Positions 13,273 to 26,843 are shown, counted from the first letter of the stretch. The stretch is 64,000 nt of DNA from Phyllosticta citribraziliensis (GCF_038025025.1 NW_027117345.1:1240001-1304000); one strand, 5' to 3'. The notes: generated by a model not told the origin, from the letters alone. Program-made: numbers and translations.

Positions 13273-13951
13273 GGTGGTGTTGAAGACGAAAGGCCGAAGA
13301 GGTTGCTTGGTTATACAAATGGACTGTCCTCGGCGCGAGTCGACGCCAAGCCCGTCCGGGTCAAGGAAGGGTGATCACGTGTGAAGGTGATGACGCCAGG
13401 GTCGCCGAGTGATCCCACCGACAGCCAGGCGCTGCCGGTGCCTCCACTCTTCCCGGCTGCCGAGCACATTTCCATTCACCGCGCAACAACACCTCCGCCA
13501 GCTCAACCACCCACCGATCACCTTGCCGTCGCCTGTCGTCGCTCCTCACCACGCGCGCGCCGGCTCTTCTCCATCGCTACTCCAGTCGCATCTGCCATTG
13601 ACTCGACTTCTTCGCCGTTTCCGTCCACTACAGGCCGGGACGCGCCACTGACCAAGGGCTTAGCTCGGGCACGCGATCGCGCTTGGTCGGCGCACATCAC
13701 GCTACCGACCAGCTTCATTCTGTCGCCTTTGGAGAGTGGAGGACGGGGACCTGTATAGCTGCAGCGACTTGGCTAGTCACCTGGAGCTCGCCGCTTGATC
13801 TTGTGTCGCATCATCGTCATTTCAGTCTTCTGTCCGTAGTAGCATCGCCGTGAAGCCCTTGAGCGAGAGACATATCTCTTTTGAGCCCTCAACGACCGTC
13901 ATCCTGCCCTGCTCAATCTCTCAGTGACGTGTGCTTGTGTCTCGCCGCATC

Positions 13952-16837
13952 ATGACTGGTAAGCACTGCCATGGCGCGTCTTTGCTCGACACTTTTGGCG
14001 TCGTTTGCGCCTCGACCATTCCCATAACCTCTGCTAATCCATCACCTACAGAAGAGATACGTCGTTCGGGCCGCGCCACCAAAGGCCAGCATACCAAGGA
14101 CCGCGACCTGCCCGACACTCCCGTCCCGAAGCGCAAGTCTACCAAAAAGACCTCGAAGCCTGCGAACAAGCCTCAGCCAGAACCCGAGGACGATGGCGAC
14201 GACGATGATGGCGAAGATGACGCCATTATTAGGTGCATCTGCGGCATCGACGACGATGAAGAGGGCGGTCGCATGATGATTTGCTGCGACAAGTGCGACG
14301 CCTGGCAACACAACGACTGCATGGGCTTGACTGAAGACCCAAAGAAACAGCCAGACAGCTATCTCTGCGAGCAGTGCAACCCAGACGGACACCCAGACAC
14401 GGTTGAAGCTATGAAGAAGGGTATCAAGATCTGGGACGTCAGGCACGAAGACAAGAAGACCAAGGGCAAAAAGGGCAAAAAGTCTAGAAAGTCGCGCCAG
14501 AGCGAGATTCGCGCCGTCGTCAGCGAAGAGGCTGCCAGCCCAAAACCTCAACCAGTATCTACTAGCCCTGCGCCGACACCGCAGGCTCCTCCAGCTGCCG
14601 AAGAGCCCGAAGAGCCCGAAGAGAAGACTGCCAATGGGAATTCTGAAGTGAGTGACGAATCCATGACACTGAAACGCAACATGCTGATAAGCCAGGCCAA
14701 GAGCCCTTTAGAGTCGGCTCCGGGTGGCGAAAAGAGACGTGCGGAGACTGGGAACGAGTCTGCGGCCAAACGCCGCAAATCGACTCCCCAGGAAAAGAAG
14801 TCTCCGGAGTCGCCCGCACCTGCTGCCAAGCCAGTCACCATCGATGAACTTCCCGTTGACCGCCAGAGGGCTGCAAGCAAGCTCCGCGGTGATCTTGCAA
14901 AGTTGATCAAAGATGCCTCAAAAGGGGAGTACAGGGTTCCGGATGGAGAGACGCCCGACTCCCTTGGTACCCATTTCGCTCTCCAGATTGAAGATGGCCT
15001 CATGAAACACTTTCCCCAAGGACCCTCTGCCTATGCGCAGCAATTCCGAAACATTGTTGCAAATTTTCCGCGCAACCCGCGACTGTTGACTGGTCTGCTC
15101 GCTGGATCCCTGTCGCCGGAACAGCTTGCTGTCATGTCCGCGCAGGAAATGGCAAGCGAGGAACAGAAGCGACAGGATGCGTTGTTGAAAGAACAAGCCG
15201 AAAAGCAGTCAATCTTGACGAACGAGGAAGTTGTTGGCCCAAGATACCGCAAGACCCACAAGGGAGACGAAATCATCGACGATGCGGACGAGAAAACCGC
15301 TGTCGACGACGCCAGTTTCGATCCTCCTGTTCGTAGGGAGAGTCAAGCAGAAAAGGAGGGCCGTTCCATGAGCCCCCGCGAGGGCGGCAGTCCAATGCAG
15401 GTGGAGCTGCCCGAGCACGTTGACAATGGCAAGCGGCCTCCTCAACTCGACACGTCGGCTCGACGCTCATCATCCAATTTCGACTTGAACAAGGTCTGGT
15501 CTAGTGTGCAGTCGCCGGATGAGAACCACCAACGTGCACCGCAGTTTCGCCACCGACAAAGCTCCGCGCAGCAGCAAGCACCATCTGGACCAGGCGAGGA
15601 CCCAGACATTGATCGTCTGTTGCACGAGGATGAAAACGAAGCTGGAGCTTTTGATGAAGACCCTACCATCAAGTGGCGGGGTGAGATCGCCATGCCTAGC
15701 AGGAACATCAAATTCAAATCCGTGGCTCGTTTCTCTGGTGGAGGCGACGTTGGCCAGGTGATCCCCTATGCCGATTTGATTCCCCAGCCCACGGAAATCA
15801 ACGGACGCATCGAGATGACCAAGACAGAGGACTACATCGTCAACATGCGAGCCAGCCAGGTTCACGACGTTGTCATTTTATCCCTCAGTCCTACGACATC
15901 TGAAGACAGGGCTCAGTACGAAGCAGTCTTCGACTATTTCAACAACAAGAAGGGAAGATGGGCCGTACTCAATCGTGAAAAGGCTCGGAGCGATAGAGTT
16001 CGCGATGCCTACATCCTGCCAGTTTCTGCTGGCGCAAGTACTCTACCTGTTTGCATCGAAATGTTGGACAATGTCACGGTTGAAATCCCCCGGCAAGACA
16101 ACCTCTTGCTTCTCTTACTGGTGGTCAAGACTGGTGATGCAGTCAGCTCATCCCAAGGAACGCCGATCCAAGGCGACGCACCTGGTGCATACGGAACACC
16201 TGGCAGCCATGCTCCAGTACAGGGCGGTGGTGCTCCACAGGCTCCGACACCACACGCTCCGACTCCTCTGAATCATCAACAACCTCCTACCTACCCGCCT
16301 CATCACCAACATCCTGGACCTTCAATCTCACCAATGAACAACGTTCCAGCGTATGGCGGCGTTCCCGGCCAGCAACAACAGCAGCACATCTATCCACCAC
16401 AGCAACATCATCAGCAGCCGTTCCCGCCCCAACAGGGCTACCAGCAATGGCCACCTCATGGCCACAACCAGTTCCCTCCTCAGCAGCAGCCCCAGCAACA
16501 GCCCGGTTACACGCACCCGATGATATCGCAGCAACAGCAGCAATCGCACCAGCAACCGCACCACGGCCCTCCTCAACAACAGCAACAGTCGATTCAACAC
16601 CATTCCCCGCCAGTTCAGATCTCGCCCAAGGTGCTCGAGATGGCGAGACGCGTGCTGGGATCCTTTATCGATGCGCCCACCACGCAAATGATGCTGCGCG
16701 ACGCGGGCGAAGGTATCAACGAGCCCATGCTTGAGGGCATGCGTCAGTTCCTCGAAGACGTGCCTGCGGCGCGCGACAACTACCAAGTCTTTTTGCAGCA
16801 ACTGGGCCAGCGCCGCGGCAGCGGTAGCAGCAGCTGA
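13952..16837 (+). CDS. BYE1: Transcription factor BYE1-like (PHD finger, TFIIS central domain, SPOC)
   Basis: ATG 13952, introns 13959-14051 and 14648-14695. [12 protein letters not shown]-terminus; [36 protein letters not shown] ([16 protein letters not shown]); RKTHKG; SPOC ([18 protein letters not shown]); Q/H/P-rich tail. Confidence 0.92.
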   Translation: MTGKHCHGASLLDTFGVVCASTIPITSANPSPTEEIRRSGRATKGQHTKDRDLPDTPVPKRKSTKKTSKPANKPQPEPEDDGDDDDGEDDAIIRCICGIDDDEEGGRMMICCDKCDAWQHNDCMGLTEDPKKQPDSYLCEQCNPDGHPDTVEAMKKGIKIWDVRHEDKKTKGKKGKKSRKSRQSEIRAVVSEEAASPKPQPVSTSPAPTPQAPPAAEEPEEPEEKTANGNSEVSDESMTLKRNMLISQAKSPLESAPGGEKRRAETGNESAAKRRKSTPQEKKSPESPAPAAKPVTIDELPVDRQRAASKLRGDLAKLIKDASKGEYRVPDGETPDSLGTHFALQIEDGLMKHFPQGPSAYAQQFRNIVANFPRNPRLLTGLLAGSLSPEQLAVMSAQEMASEEQKRQDALLKEQAEKQSILTNEEVVGPRYRKTHKGDEIIDDADEKTAVDDASFDPPVRRESQAEKEGRSMSPREGGSPMQVELPEHVDNGKRPPQLDTSARRSSSNFDLNKVWSSVQSPDENHQRAPQFRHRQSSAQQQAPSGPGEDPDIDRLLHEDENEAGAFDEDPTIKWRGEIAMPSRNIKFKSVARFSGGGDVGQVIPYADLIPQPTEINGRIEMTKTEDYIVNMRASQVHDVVILSLSPTTSEDRAQYEAVFDYFNNKKGRWAVLNREKARSDRVRDAYILPVSAGASTLPVCIEMLDNVTVEIPRQDNLLLLLLVVKTGDAVSSSQGTPIQGDAPGAYGTPGSHAPVQGGGAPQAPTPHAPTPLNHQQPPTYPPHHQHPGPSISPMNNVPAYGGVPGQQQQQHIYPPQQHHQQPFPPQQGYQQWPPHGHNQFPPQQQPQQQPGYTHPMISQQQQQSHQQPHHGPPQQQQQSIQHHSPPVQISPKVLEMARRVLGSFIDAPTTQMMLRDAGEGINEPMLEGMRQFLEDVPAARDNYQVFLQQLGQRRGSGSSS

Positions 16838-18096
16838 GCGGTGCCTTGCACAAATCACACTCAGGGTGAGTGCGCGGTCCTCGTGCACAAAGCCTAGACT
16901 GACTGTACTGTCTGTTTGTCCACGGCGTCATTTTCTTCAACATAATGCGTCTTTTCCTCCCTTCTCCTTCTCGTTGTTGGGTCGTTCCTCTGACGGTGGG
17001 TTTTGCCGGGAACGTTGAATTGGTAGCAGCAATCGCTCAAGCGTCTGGATGGAAAGGGGCTGCTGGATGGAGTGCATCGGTCAGACTGGATGAGGGAGGA
17101 TGAGCACAATAGCACGGCATGAAGTTGGGTTAAGTGATGGGACATGTACGGTTACCATGATGGATGGGGGCGATTGCATTCGCTTTGTATGCTCGTTTTT
17201 GTTTGATCCCTCGTTTGCTCTTTCTCTCGAGCCTCCATGCTGCTCACTCACGGTGGTTTGGTGAGTTCCATCTTCTCAGCTCCTCGGCAAAAAGTTTTCC
17301 TGTTTCTTGTTTACGTTTACTGCGCGCGCGTTTTGCGAGGAGGGAGAGCAGCAGCAGCTGCTGCTAGAGGAGGAGGCTGCAGTGTTGTCCGTCTTATTCT
17401 CTCTCTTTTTTTCCCTAAAAAAATCAAAGTCCTTGTTCTTTCCTCCGATTGTGTGTTGAATTGCAATGGCCTTCTTCCTGAACCATGGGTGCTGTGGTGT
17501 TGTCCTTATTGGCATCCGTGATTACACGTAGATAGGTCAGACAGTTGGGAAAATTGTGCAGAGATTGGTTACATAAACAAGCTGTCCAAAGTGTTTGCGC
17601 CCATATTGGGTGACTATTATTGTGATGATGCGGTCAATCCCTACAGCACCGCAACGATGCCTGAAGAGCTACGTGAGGGACGGGGGTGCCGAACCATTCA
17701 CAGGATTTCTCTCATACTTCATGGTACCGGGGCCAAAAGCAAATTAAGAGAAAATCTTTGACTGCGATGACAATGGAGGAAGTGAATCGAAACACATTTT
17801 CACTGGACGTAAGCCCGGACCGCTGGTCAAAATGTGGGAGTCTTTGAACGGCGTTGGATTTATTTCCTCTATCACCCATCTCAGCCGCGGCAAATCAGCG
17901 CAGGACTCACACGGCTGTCGAGCCAGCTTTTTTCGACCCCGTGGAACGCCCCAAAGCCCGTGAAAGAATGCTGCCCTCGACAACCAGCAGAGTCGTGCAC
18001 TTCTAAATCCAGTGATGGATGCGATTTCCAACGCATGAAGCAGCGCCTAAGCTTTGCACCAAGAGAAAGCGTTTCATAATGTTACAGCCTGTCGCT

Positions 18097-19254
18097 CTAC
18101 AAGGATATCTCGCCCTTCCACATGCTGTCAATGACGCCCAGCCTCTCAACGACGTACTGCCACCTGGGACCGCCGCGCTCCTTCTTCCTGAGGTACTTGA
18201 GGTGCTTTTGCCGCTTGTGCACCAGCAGCCGCAGATTCCGCTTGTTCATCTTGTCCTTGCGCCCGTCGCCCTCCATGTGCCGGACAAGAGTGCGGATCTT
18301 GGCCGTCAGGATGGCGATTTGCACCTCGCTGCTGCCCGTGTCCGGGCCACCGCGCAAGTTCCTCTCTGGGTCCAGGGGCTGGATTCTGGTTCTCGTGGTT
18401 TCGGCGGCGGTGGCGTCGCTGACGACGGGGACCGTGACGTCGTGGTTGGCGGCGTGAGATGATGGCGGCTTGGGCGAGAGCACAAGGTCTGTGTAGTGGC
18501 GGCCAAAGGTCTCGACGCAGCGCCTCACGTTCGCGAGGGTCCTGTCCTTGGAGCTGCCGTTGCGCAGGCTGACGATGCGCTGGATGGCGAGCTCGGCATT
18601 CCTCCTCTTGCGCTCCGTCTCCTCCGGTGTGTCCACTGCGTCGGGAGTGTAGGCGCTGTCACCATTTCGCAACGCATTCGCTTCGTCGGCGGTTTTCAAT
18701 TGTTCTGCTCGGGCCCTTCGCTCGGCAGAAGGCTCGGAGAGCGTGGCTGAAGACTCGAATGACTTCATGACTTCGTCTATGGATAGGAAGTGGTTCAGGA
18801 ATGGTTCCCGCGTTGCCTTGGGGCCTGGAGGAGGTTGGGTTGGGTCCCTTGCGGTCGCTTCGCGCGAGAGTATTTCGCGCGAGAGCATCAAGTTGGTGAC
18901 GGTCTGCTGTTCCGGCAGAGCAGTGTCGAAGGACCTCACAAACGGAGTTTCGAGGCCGCGGACGGGATCGCCGATGGACTTTTGGCGCTCTTCTTGAAGC
19001 TCCTTTTGCCGTGATATATTTGCTGCCTTGGCGGCCAGCACCTGCCCTCGGATGTACGGGTCTCGGTATCGCGCAGCCAGACTCTGCTTCTTGTAGAGTG
19101 ACGTGGTGCTAGAGAAGCTGCGAACAGCGGAGGTGATGGGCGGTGTTGCGGAGGATGCTACGAACCATTGTCAGTGGCATGCGCTCTGAGAGAATTATCG
19201 ACCTGTACCATTGACCGGCTTGAGCCGCAAAGGCAGCACTATTCGGGGAGGCAT
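18097..19254 (-). CDS. MRPS28: Mitochondrial ribosomal protein uS15m, ~368 aa
   Basis: Exons 19254-19209 and 19157-18097. Presequence-like N-terminus (MPPRI..VRSFSST). S15 motif PDTGSSEVQIAILTAKI..KDKMNKRNLRLLVHKRQKHLKYLR. Confidence 0.93.
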
Positions 19255-19507
19255 TGATGCAGGCGCGGCGCTGGAGAATGCACGGCGCTCTCGAGATGTT
19301 CCCGTCGCAGCTGGTCGAGCACCGCGACTTTTCGGCGATGCGGCAAAACCGATCGACCGCTCGGACAATCTGCCGAATATGGCCCGCTAGGCGAGGCAAG
19401 TTTAACCACCACAATTCTGCATCACGACTTTCCTTCGACTGCCAGCGACCCCAGTTCAACTCCACGACCACCAGCGCCGCCCCTCTCCAGCACTCAAGTC
19501 TCTCAGG

Positions 19508-20562
19508 ATGGCTCCCAACAACCTTCCCGCGGCCTTCGCGCCCACCTCCCAGGACATTGAGATGCTCTTGGCCGCTCAGTCCCACCTTGGTTCCAAGAAC
19601 CTCCAGGTCCACATGGAGCCCTACCTGTGGAAGACTCGCCCCGACGGCATCAACGTCATCAACATCTCCAAGACCTGGTAAGCTTCTGAAATCCATTGCG
19701 CGCAAAACAACGCGCTGCCGGCCGTTTGGAACGCGACGTTTCGCGAAGCACAAAGCTTGGTAGCAGCAGCGCGAGTAGATGCGCTCTTCCAAAATCTCCC
19801 AGTCTAACGATTCGTAGGGAGAAGATTGTCCTCGCTGCCCGCATCATCGTCGCCATTGACAACCCAGCCGACATTTGCGTCATCTCTGCCCGTCCCTACG
19901 GCCAGCGTGCCGTCCTCAAGTTCGCTGCCCACACCGGTGCCACCGCCATTGCCGGCCGCTTCACCCCCGGTAGCTTCACCAACTACATCACCCGCTCGTT
20001 CAAGGAGCCCCGCCTGATCATCGTCACCGACCCCCGCACCGACGCCCAGGCCATCAAGGAGGCTTCGTACGTCAACATCCCCGTCATCGCCCTCTGCGAC
20101 ACCGACTCGCCCACCGAGTATGTCGACGCTGCCATCCCCACCAACAACAAGGGTCGCCACGCCATCGGTCTCGTCTGGTGGCTGCTCGCCCGCGAGGTCC
20201 TGCGCCTCCGCGGCACCCTCGCTTCGCGCGAGACCGAGTGGGACGTCATGCCCGACTTGTACTTCTACCGCGACCCCGAGGCCGAGGAGAACAAGGACTC
20301 CGCCGGTGTTGAGGAGGCCAAGGTTCCCGGTGCCGACGAGGTCGGCGCCGCCCCTGTCGAGGCCGGCTTCACCAACGAGTGGGAGGTCTCTGGCGCCAAC
20401 GCGTCCGCCTTCGCCGCCGCCTCGGCCACCGCTGGCGTCGCCGCTGGCGCCTCGTGGGACCAGGACGGTGCCGACTGGGCCGCCAGCTCTGCTCCCGCTG
20501 AGACTGGCAACGCTGGCTGGTCCGCTGACGCTCCTGCCACTGCCACCGAGGGCCAGTGGTAG
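19508..20562 (+). CDS. RPS0: 40S ribosomal protein S0 (uS2), 304 aa
   Basis: Exons 19508-19677 and 19818-20562. [58 protein letters not shown]. Strong C-ending codon bias. Confidence 0.98.
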
Positions 20563-21415
20563 ATTGTTGCTTTGACGCGGCGCAATACCCAACAACCCTC
20601 AAACCCAACAAAAACGCTTGATACCAGGAAAAGGGGCGCGACGAGATCGAGAATCGAAGGCTCTGGCGCATATCAAATCGGTGGGATCGTGTACGGGTAT
20701 CGCAAAAAATATCAAGATTCTGAGTTGAACAACCCCTCTGGCTACGTTACGGTACACATGACAGCAATGTCGGTTTACTCCTCTTTTTTTCGTTGCAGGA
20801 ATCAACCTCGTCTGGCGCTTATGAGGGAAAGATATCCAACCTCTGCTCATACATCCGTCTTGTGTGGGCTGGGTTGGGGGAAAGCCCTGTGCTGGCGATT
20901 TGGGATGTACTTGACCGTCTTCCCATTTCTGCAATGAATGCTATATCAAAGCCACCATTCTGACCCTTCTCAACTGCTAGTGCCACTCGTTTGACTTGTC
21001 CGTCGTGTGAATGCTTTGACGCGTGATTGAAAACAGCCCAGCTTGGTTTTCCTACATGTACTCGCCCACTTGATTAATCATGCACTTTTGGAGGTGGATC
21101 ACTGCAATGCCGCTTAGAACAGGTCTGCCATTGTTCGAGCAAAGTGAACTTTTCCATCACCTAGCCCAGCATCTAAGCCCTCCATATCCCTCTACTATTC
21201 CCCCAAAACGCAAAAAGTCCAAAGCAAATCAGCCCAGACCGATCTCGCCTCCCATACCCAGCCGACCATGCAACTCGCCGCCATCCATGCAATTTGGAAA
21301 GAGGGAGGTCAAAGAAAAAAAAGAGAGATCAGCATCCAACCCAAACGCCTTCCCATCTCCCAATTCCCCAAGTTTTAAACGTAGCGCTCCAGACATAACA
21401 CTGCATCTGCCGCTC

Positions 21416-23043
21416 TTACTCTTCCTCACTCTCCTCACTCTCTTCCTGCTCTGCAGCACTTGCCAGCGCCTGCTCCATCTCGGCCTCGAACTCGTCGGCA
21501 AAATCGCCGTCTTCATCAGCGGCGACGGCAGAGGCAGCGCCGCCGTCCACGCCTTCATCTGCCTCGTCCACTTCAGACGACGCGAGCGCCACGCTGCTAC
21601 TCTCGGGATGAGAGGGCGTTGGCTGTTGGGCCGGGCTCCCCAGATTCATGGGCTCAACATCGCCGTCGACACTACCGTCGGCGTCGGCGTCGGCGTCGGC
21701 GTCCTCGACACCCAACGCATCACGTTCCTCTTCGTGGTCTGAAGCGTAATCCTCGTCCGCAGCAAGTCTCGATTCATTCACCTCTTGCGCGTCGTCGTCT
21801 TCGTCTTGGTCGTCGTTGCCGCCGCCAAAGTCGATGACGTCGGGCACCTCCTTGCTGCCGCGGAAGCTTGGCGTCTGCAGTCGGCTGCTCGGGCTCGCGC
21901 TGTCGGCGGCGCTACGCAAAGAGATGGGACCGTCGCCAACATTCTCGAATGCAAAAGCACTTGGACGCGCGCGGCCGCGTTTGGGGGGGCCACCATCGCC
22001 AAAGTCGATCTGGAGACCGCCTTCGTCATCTGACTCCTCGTCTGATGGAGCAGGGGAATGAGATGTGCGTGAAGAGTCCGTGGTAGATCGAGCAATCGCA
22101 GGAGCTGTCGCCGCGATTGAAGCAACCCGCTCGAGACGAATTGAGGGTGTGTCCTTCGCCTTGGCTTTCTTCGGTGAGATGGTGGACTTCTTGTTTCCCG
22201 GCTTGCTTTTACCTGTGGCAAGAGGTCTGTCCGTCTTCTTCTCGGTAGCCTTTGGCAATGGCTTTGGTGGCTTGGATTGCTGAGCACCCAATAATGGCGT
22301 TGTGCGGGCAGTGCTGCCAGACGGAACACGGAGCGGCGTCCCAGCGTGGCTGTTCGGGCTTGCAAAGCCGTTCGTGTCGACCTGTGAGACCTGATCCAGA
22401 AATCGTCGGAAATCGTATGGGTTGTTTTCTTCCGGTTCGTCAAAATCACTTGCGCCCGCACTGCTTCCTGCTATGCTTTGGGTCTCGGACGCGTCGTCAA
22501 AAAGGCCGTCGTCTTCGAAAGATTCCTCCGTCGCATCCTCGCGCTCCTCCCGAAGTCGTACGTGGGGATATTTGTCCTTGAGCTTGTTGCTATCGGATTC
22601 AAGCGGGGTTGATGTGAGGTTGAAAGCGTAGGCATCGTCGAGCCGCTCCAATGTGCAGCTGTTGGAGTTTGGGTCGAGAAGCAGGACGTAGGTCTTTTTC
22701 AATTCCTTCCTTTGACCCTCGTACTCATACCTTGAGCAATTCCCCTGGTCATCCCTATCTTCGATTGCCAGTGCGAAGTTCTTGCCATTTGGGCTGCTGG
22801 ACGTGGGTTTTAATCGTGTTGTTCGGCGGGGCACTGTTTGTCGGGGCTTGTGATTATCTGCGGCGCACGTCAGAAGTTGAGCAGATCATGTGCAGGTGGT
22901 GAGAGCGCACACTTGACAGTCTTGAATTTGGCCTGTGACGCGCGGGGGTTGGCAAGACGGTCGCTCAGTTTGATTGTGTAGCTACCAGTCTTTGGAGGGT
23001 TTAGCGCTACCTGACCCTCAGCCGACACCTGGGGCGAGGCCAT
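21416..23043 (-). CDS. ELL-associated factor (EAF) N-terminal domain protein, ~524 aa
   Basis: Exons 23043-22911 and 22857-21416. TVK|YNHKP..YEYEG..YVLLLDP..CTLERLD..FNL matches the fungal EAF domain, followed by NPYDFRRFL and an acidic tail ending ESEESEEE. Confidence 0.8.
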
Positions 23044-23684
23044 GGCGGCCAGCGAGCGGAACCAGGGTCCAACGAGCCGGGAAGGGGAGTCGGCAGGCAG
23101 CGTCTGAGGAGAGGGGTGGTATGTATAGACGGCGTGTGTATTTGGTGGGCGATTAGTGAGGGCGAAGGTCGAGAGGTGGATCAGCGGCCGAAAGAGAGCG
23201 GGTCGGAGGTGGGTGACGACGGCGGAGCAGTGAGCCGAAGAAGGGAATGGAGGACGCCAATCGGAAAAACGGGGGGTATCTCGAGACGAAAGAACGGAGA
23301 GCAAGCAGACAAGGGCGCAGAGTAAGGAAGTCGAAGAGGTGTAGGAGGTGAAAGAGGTCGCCGGAGCGGCGTGCGAGGTGAGAAGGATGGGCTGGGCTGG
23401 CTGGCTGCACTAGGGAATACTGCTCAGGGCACCTCAGGTCCCGGCTGGCAGGGCATCGCAGGCGAACGCGGTCAAAGCGTCCCGCGTGCTGTGTCCCGGT
23501 CCGCCCCACTCCACTCCTACATGTCACACAGCAAACTGAACCAAAGACAAACAATGGCAATTGCGCACCCCGTCTATCAAAAGCTCGACGCTGTGAACAA
23601 ACTGACGCCGTCCAAAACAATACTGCAGACCGTTTGCACCATGCTACAATGCCATCCCAACGCCAGCAATGCCCGACTCTGCTC

Positions 23685-26600
23685 CTACTCCCCAGCCTTG
23701 ACCCTCAGCTTCTCCATGCCATCTAGCTGCCGTTTCAGCGCTATCACCGCTCCACCGCTTATTCTCCTGAGACCATCCCTTTTCCCGCCGTCGTTGCCAC
23801 TTTCGCTCTGGGCAACAATGTCCTTTGCTGCATCAATTGCATTCTCCAGCAGCTTCGGCCCGTCTTCTTGGTGGTAAAGCCACTCCATCTCGTGTTTGAA
23901 TGCATCCGGAACGAACTTGAGGCCGTGCATGATGAATCCACGCGCGCGAAAGTATGCCTTTTCGGAATAAAACGCAGATGACAGTGCCGTCTCCTCGGTG
24001 CCCTGACGGACTTCATAACCCGCTTCGTCTGTGGACATGTTAGTTTACAGCATGCGTGCCTCGTCAAGGAAAACTTACTGTAGTATGGCTCCTTCACCAG
24101 CACGAGCCCCATCAACGATACAAGGATCTGAAGTATGGTGCTTTTTGCAGGACTCCAATTTTCATTTCGTTCGTCTGCATGCCAGGTGCCGAGTAAGCTG
24201 AGACAAATCTTGCCGTCCTCGTACAGGTTCGGGTTCACTGGACCAGTGCCATTTGTCCAGCTGTGGAAATACGCTTCGGGCGGCTGCGTAGGGAAATTGG
24301 TGCCGAGATGCAAGTCGATAAGGAAGGGAGCATACTCATAGGGCGTGTCGATCGGTCCAACAATGAGTACGCGGAGGAGGTCGAGCCGGGATTCCCAAGT
24401 GCGCACGAATATGCCAGGAGGCAAAGAGCTTCGCAGAATCTTGTGTTCCTTTTGAATCCGACGCATTCTCTGCTGGCCCAGTTCGCTTTGGCTCGCCAAA
24501 TACTTGTGGTCCTGGGGCGGGTCCGATTCGAGAATGTCGAAGGCTGGCGGCGCATTTGGATACGATGAGAATGAGAACAGTTCTGGGACATGGGTCGCCA
24601 AGGTCGCGTCCGGCTTTACTTGAACGTTTCCTGAAGCCTCCTTTTCCAATTCCATCAGAGGTTGGGCTTCAGGAGTAGTCTTTGACGTGTCGATATCACC
24701 TTCTCCGTGACCACCCATCATGACATCTGCTGAAGAAAGGTCGTCTTCGTCGTCCGTAGCCCATTCGTCATCCTCATTCTCCTCCTCGGCCAGCACGCGC
24801 CTGCCATTCTGATCCGGGTACTCGTACCACATTTCAAAAAAGTCTTGATCTTCATCCATGCTCTCGTCATCTCCCTCATCGTAATCGTCTTCGTCGCCGT
24901 CGACCATTTGATCATGCGCGGCGGCGAGAGCTTCGTCCACGTCGCTACCGTAGGCCAACATGCAACGATCGGGTGATACTTTGACGTCGCGAACAGGATT
25001 TGCAGCACTCAGACGTACTATTACCTGGCCGTCCAAGCAGAGATCGACAACTTCTCCAAACCAATCCACGTTGTCCATTGAATTGCCTTGGCTAGGGGTG
25101 TCATGAATAATGACAAAGTCGCCTCTCCTTCGACTGAGCGCAGATGGCGAATTGATGTCGTAGAGGCTGACTTTCTCATCAGGACCAGATGCGAAACCGG
25201 TTCGCGAGTCAGGCAGCAGGTCGTTGCCGACGAATTTAACAGACGCGTTTTGGAACCACTTGACAGTCGCCATCCGTTCGGTGCCATCCACAGTCTGAAC
25301 AACACCTATCCTGGCAGGCTCTGAATACCAGTCCTCGGAAACTTGATTCTCGGGGTCTCTTTCCTTCTTATCGTTTGTAATCACGACTTCTCCGGGCCAA
25401 ACTTGATCGTCATCGTCGACGGGATCGGGAAGGAGATTGACTGACTTGTCTTCGCTGAAAGAGAGATCTTGCCACTGCACAATGGCAGAGGTCTGCGTAG
25501 TCTGCACAGTGAAAACGTTGGTGTCGTAACCCAAAGTCTCGGTCCTTGGCCGTTTCTTAATGTGAGGAGCGTACTTGACACACGCTCCGGCGAGGTCTTT
25601 GAATCGCACCCGTTGACCGGCGGACAGATCTGGCGCAGTCACCGACAGGGAGGATGAGATGGCAGGCGCATCTGCAGGTGGTTTCTTCATGTTGTCGTAG
25701 ACCCTTACCCGTCCACTTTCAAGCTCATCGAGGCCCAATTCGAACGGAGGTTCGGAGGTGAGTTGACCAGGCACCGTAGGACCGCCCATGCGCCGGGTCA
25801 ACCACTGCACGGTAATGGACACTGTGCGGACTGCGATGACCACACCACCAGGTTCCACGTTGGGGTTGAAGGCTCCAAATATCCACCTTCCCCTGCGCAA
25901 GTTGCCCTTCTTCGTGCCAACATAGTCACCCACCTCGTGCCGCGCCAGCCGGGGATCTACAGGCTCCAGCTCGTCAGGGTTTTCGACGACAACCACGGTG
26001 CCGTTGCTGAGGCGGAGAGTAACCTCGTCGAAGGCATCGTCTATCCTGCCAACCCAGTCGTTGTGGATTATCAGCGCTCCGACGGGAAACTGGCGCAAAG
26101 TCTCGAGTTCTTCTGCTGGGATGAACGAGCGAGGTATTCCATGAGTGTCGTCGCCAACGAGTTTCTCGTAGGAGCCGTGTGAACGAATGCTGTCAACTTC
26201 CGGCCACATGCGGATGGGCGCAATGGTGACGGAGAGTTTGGTTCCGATAACGGTGCCGCTCATTGGACTATTAGCATCGCGCTTGACGATATCGCCAACA
26301 AATATCGACCGGTCTACAATGCTGAGGTGGGCTTCGGCTATGAGTTCGGTGGAGGAGTCGGTTTGCCATGCTACCAAAACAGTCCCGCGTGGCGGCTGCG
26401 CGCAGATCAGCACAACGAAGGCGAGAAACAGGGCATGGGTGCACATACGATTCCGTTCTTCATGAAAGCTCTGAACTTGGGTTGTGGAATCTCCGCATGC
26501 TTCTTGATCTGCACAGGGTAATCGCGCTGAGGGTCTGGGTCGTGTGTGTCCACCTTGAAGAATTCACGTCAACTGGTATTCCAGAGATCGAAGGGTCGAC

Positions 26601-26843
26601 TCGCAAAGGGACGCATAGGCATGTTGATGCGACGGTCGGTAGTTACGTACATCGTGGTTTGTCCTCTATCGTCGGTCAGCGCTCTGCTTTGAATGCGTCA
26701 TCCTAGACAAGCTCTTACATCTACTACGCCAATCAACCAAGGCGTGCCCTTGAGAGAGACGGTGTCTTCGACAAAAATCTGGAGCCTTCAGTGACTATGG
26801 ATACAAACAATCTGCGATGTTTGCTTACTGTAGGCCCAGGCAT
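23685..26843 (-). CDS. UBE2O-like large ubiquitin-conjugating enzyme (E2/E3 hybrid type), ~951 aa
   Basis: Exons 26843-26829, 26778-26719, 26665-26651, 26553-26449, 26395-24079, 24028-23685. UBC domain GIFVRTWESRLDLLRVLIVGP.DTPY..VNPNLYEDGKICLSLLGTW..ILQILVS..KEPYYNEAG. Confidence 0.92.

Noticed and set aside
17622..17664. GTGATGA...CTGA box C/D-like pair
   Set aside because: Only 43 nt, with no terminal stem or recognisable rRNA guide.
19804..20595. 263-aa minus-strand ORF
   Set aside because: Antisense shadow of strongly codon-biased RPS0.
21676..21703. (GGCGTC)n repeat
   Set aside because: Coding repeat (DADADAD) within the EAF-domain gene; not a CRISPR or mobile element.
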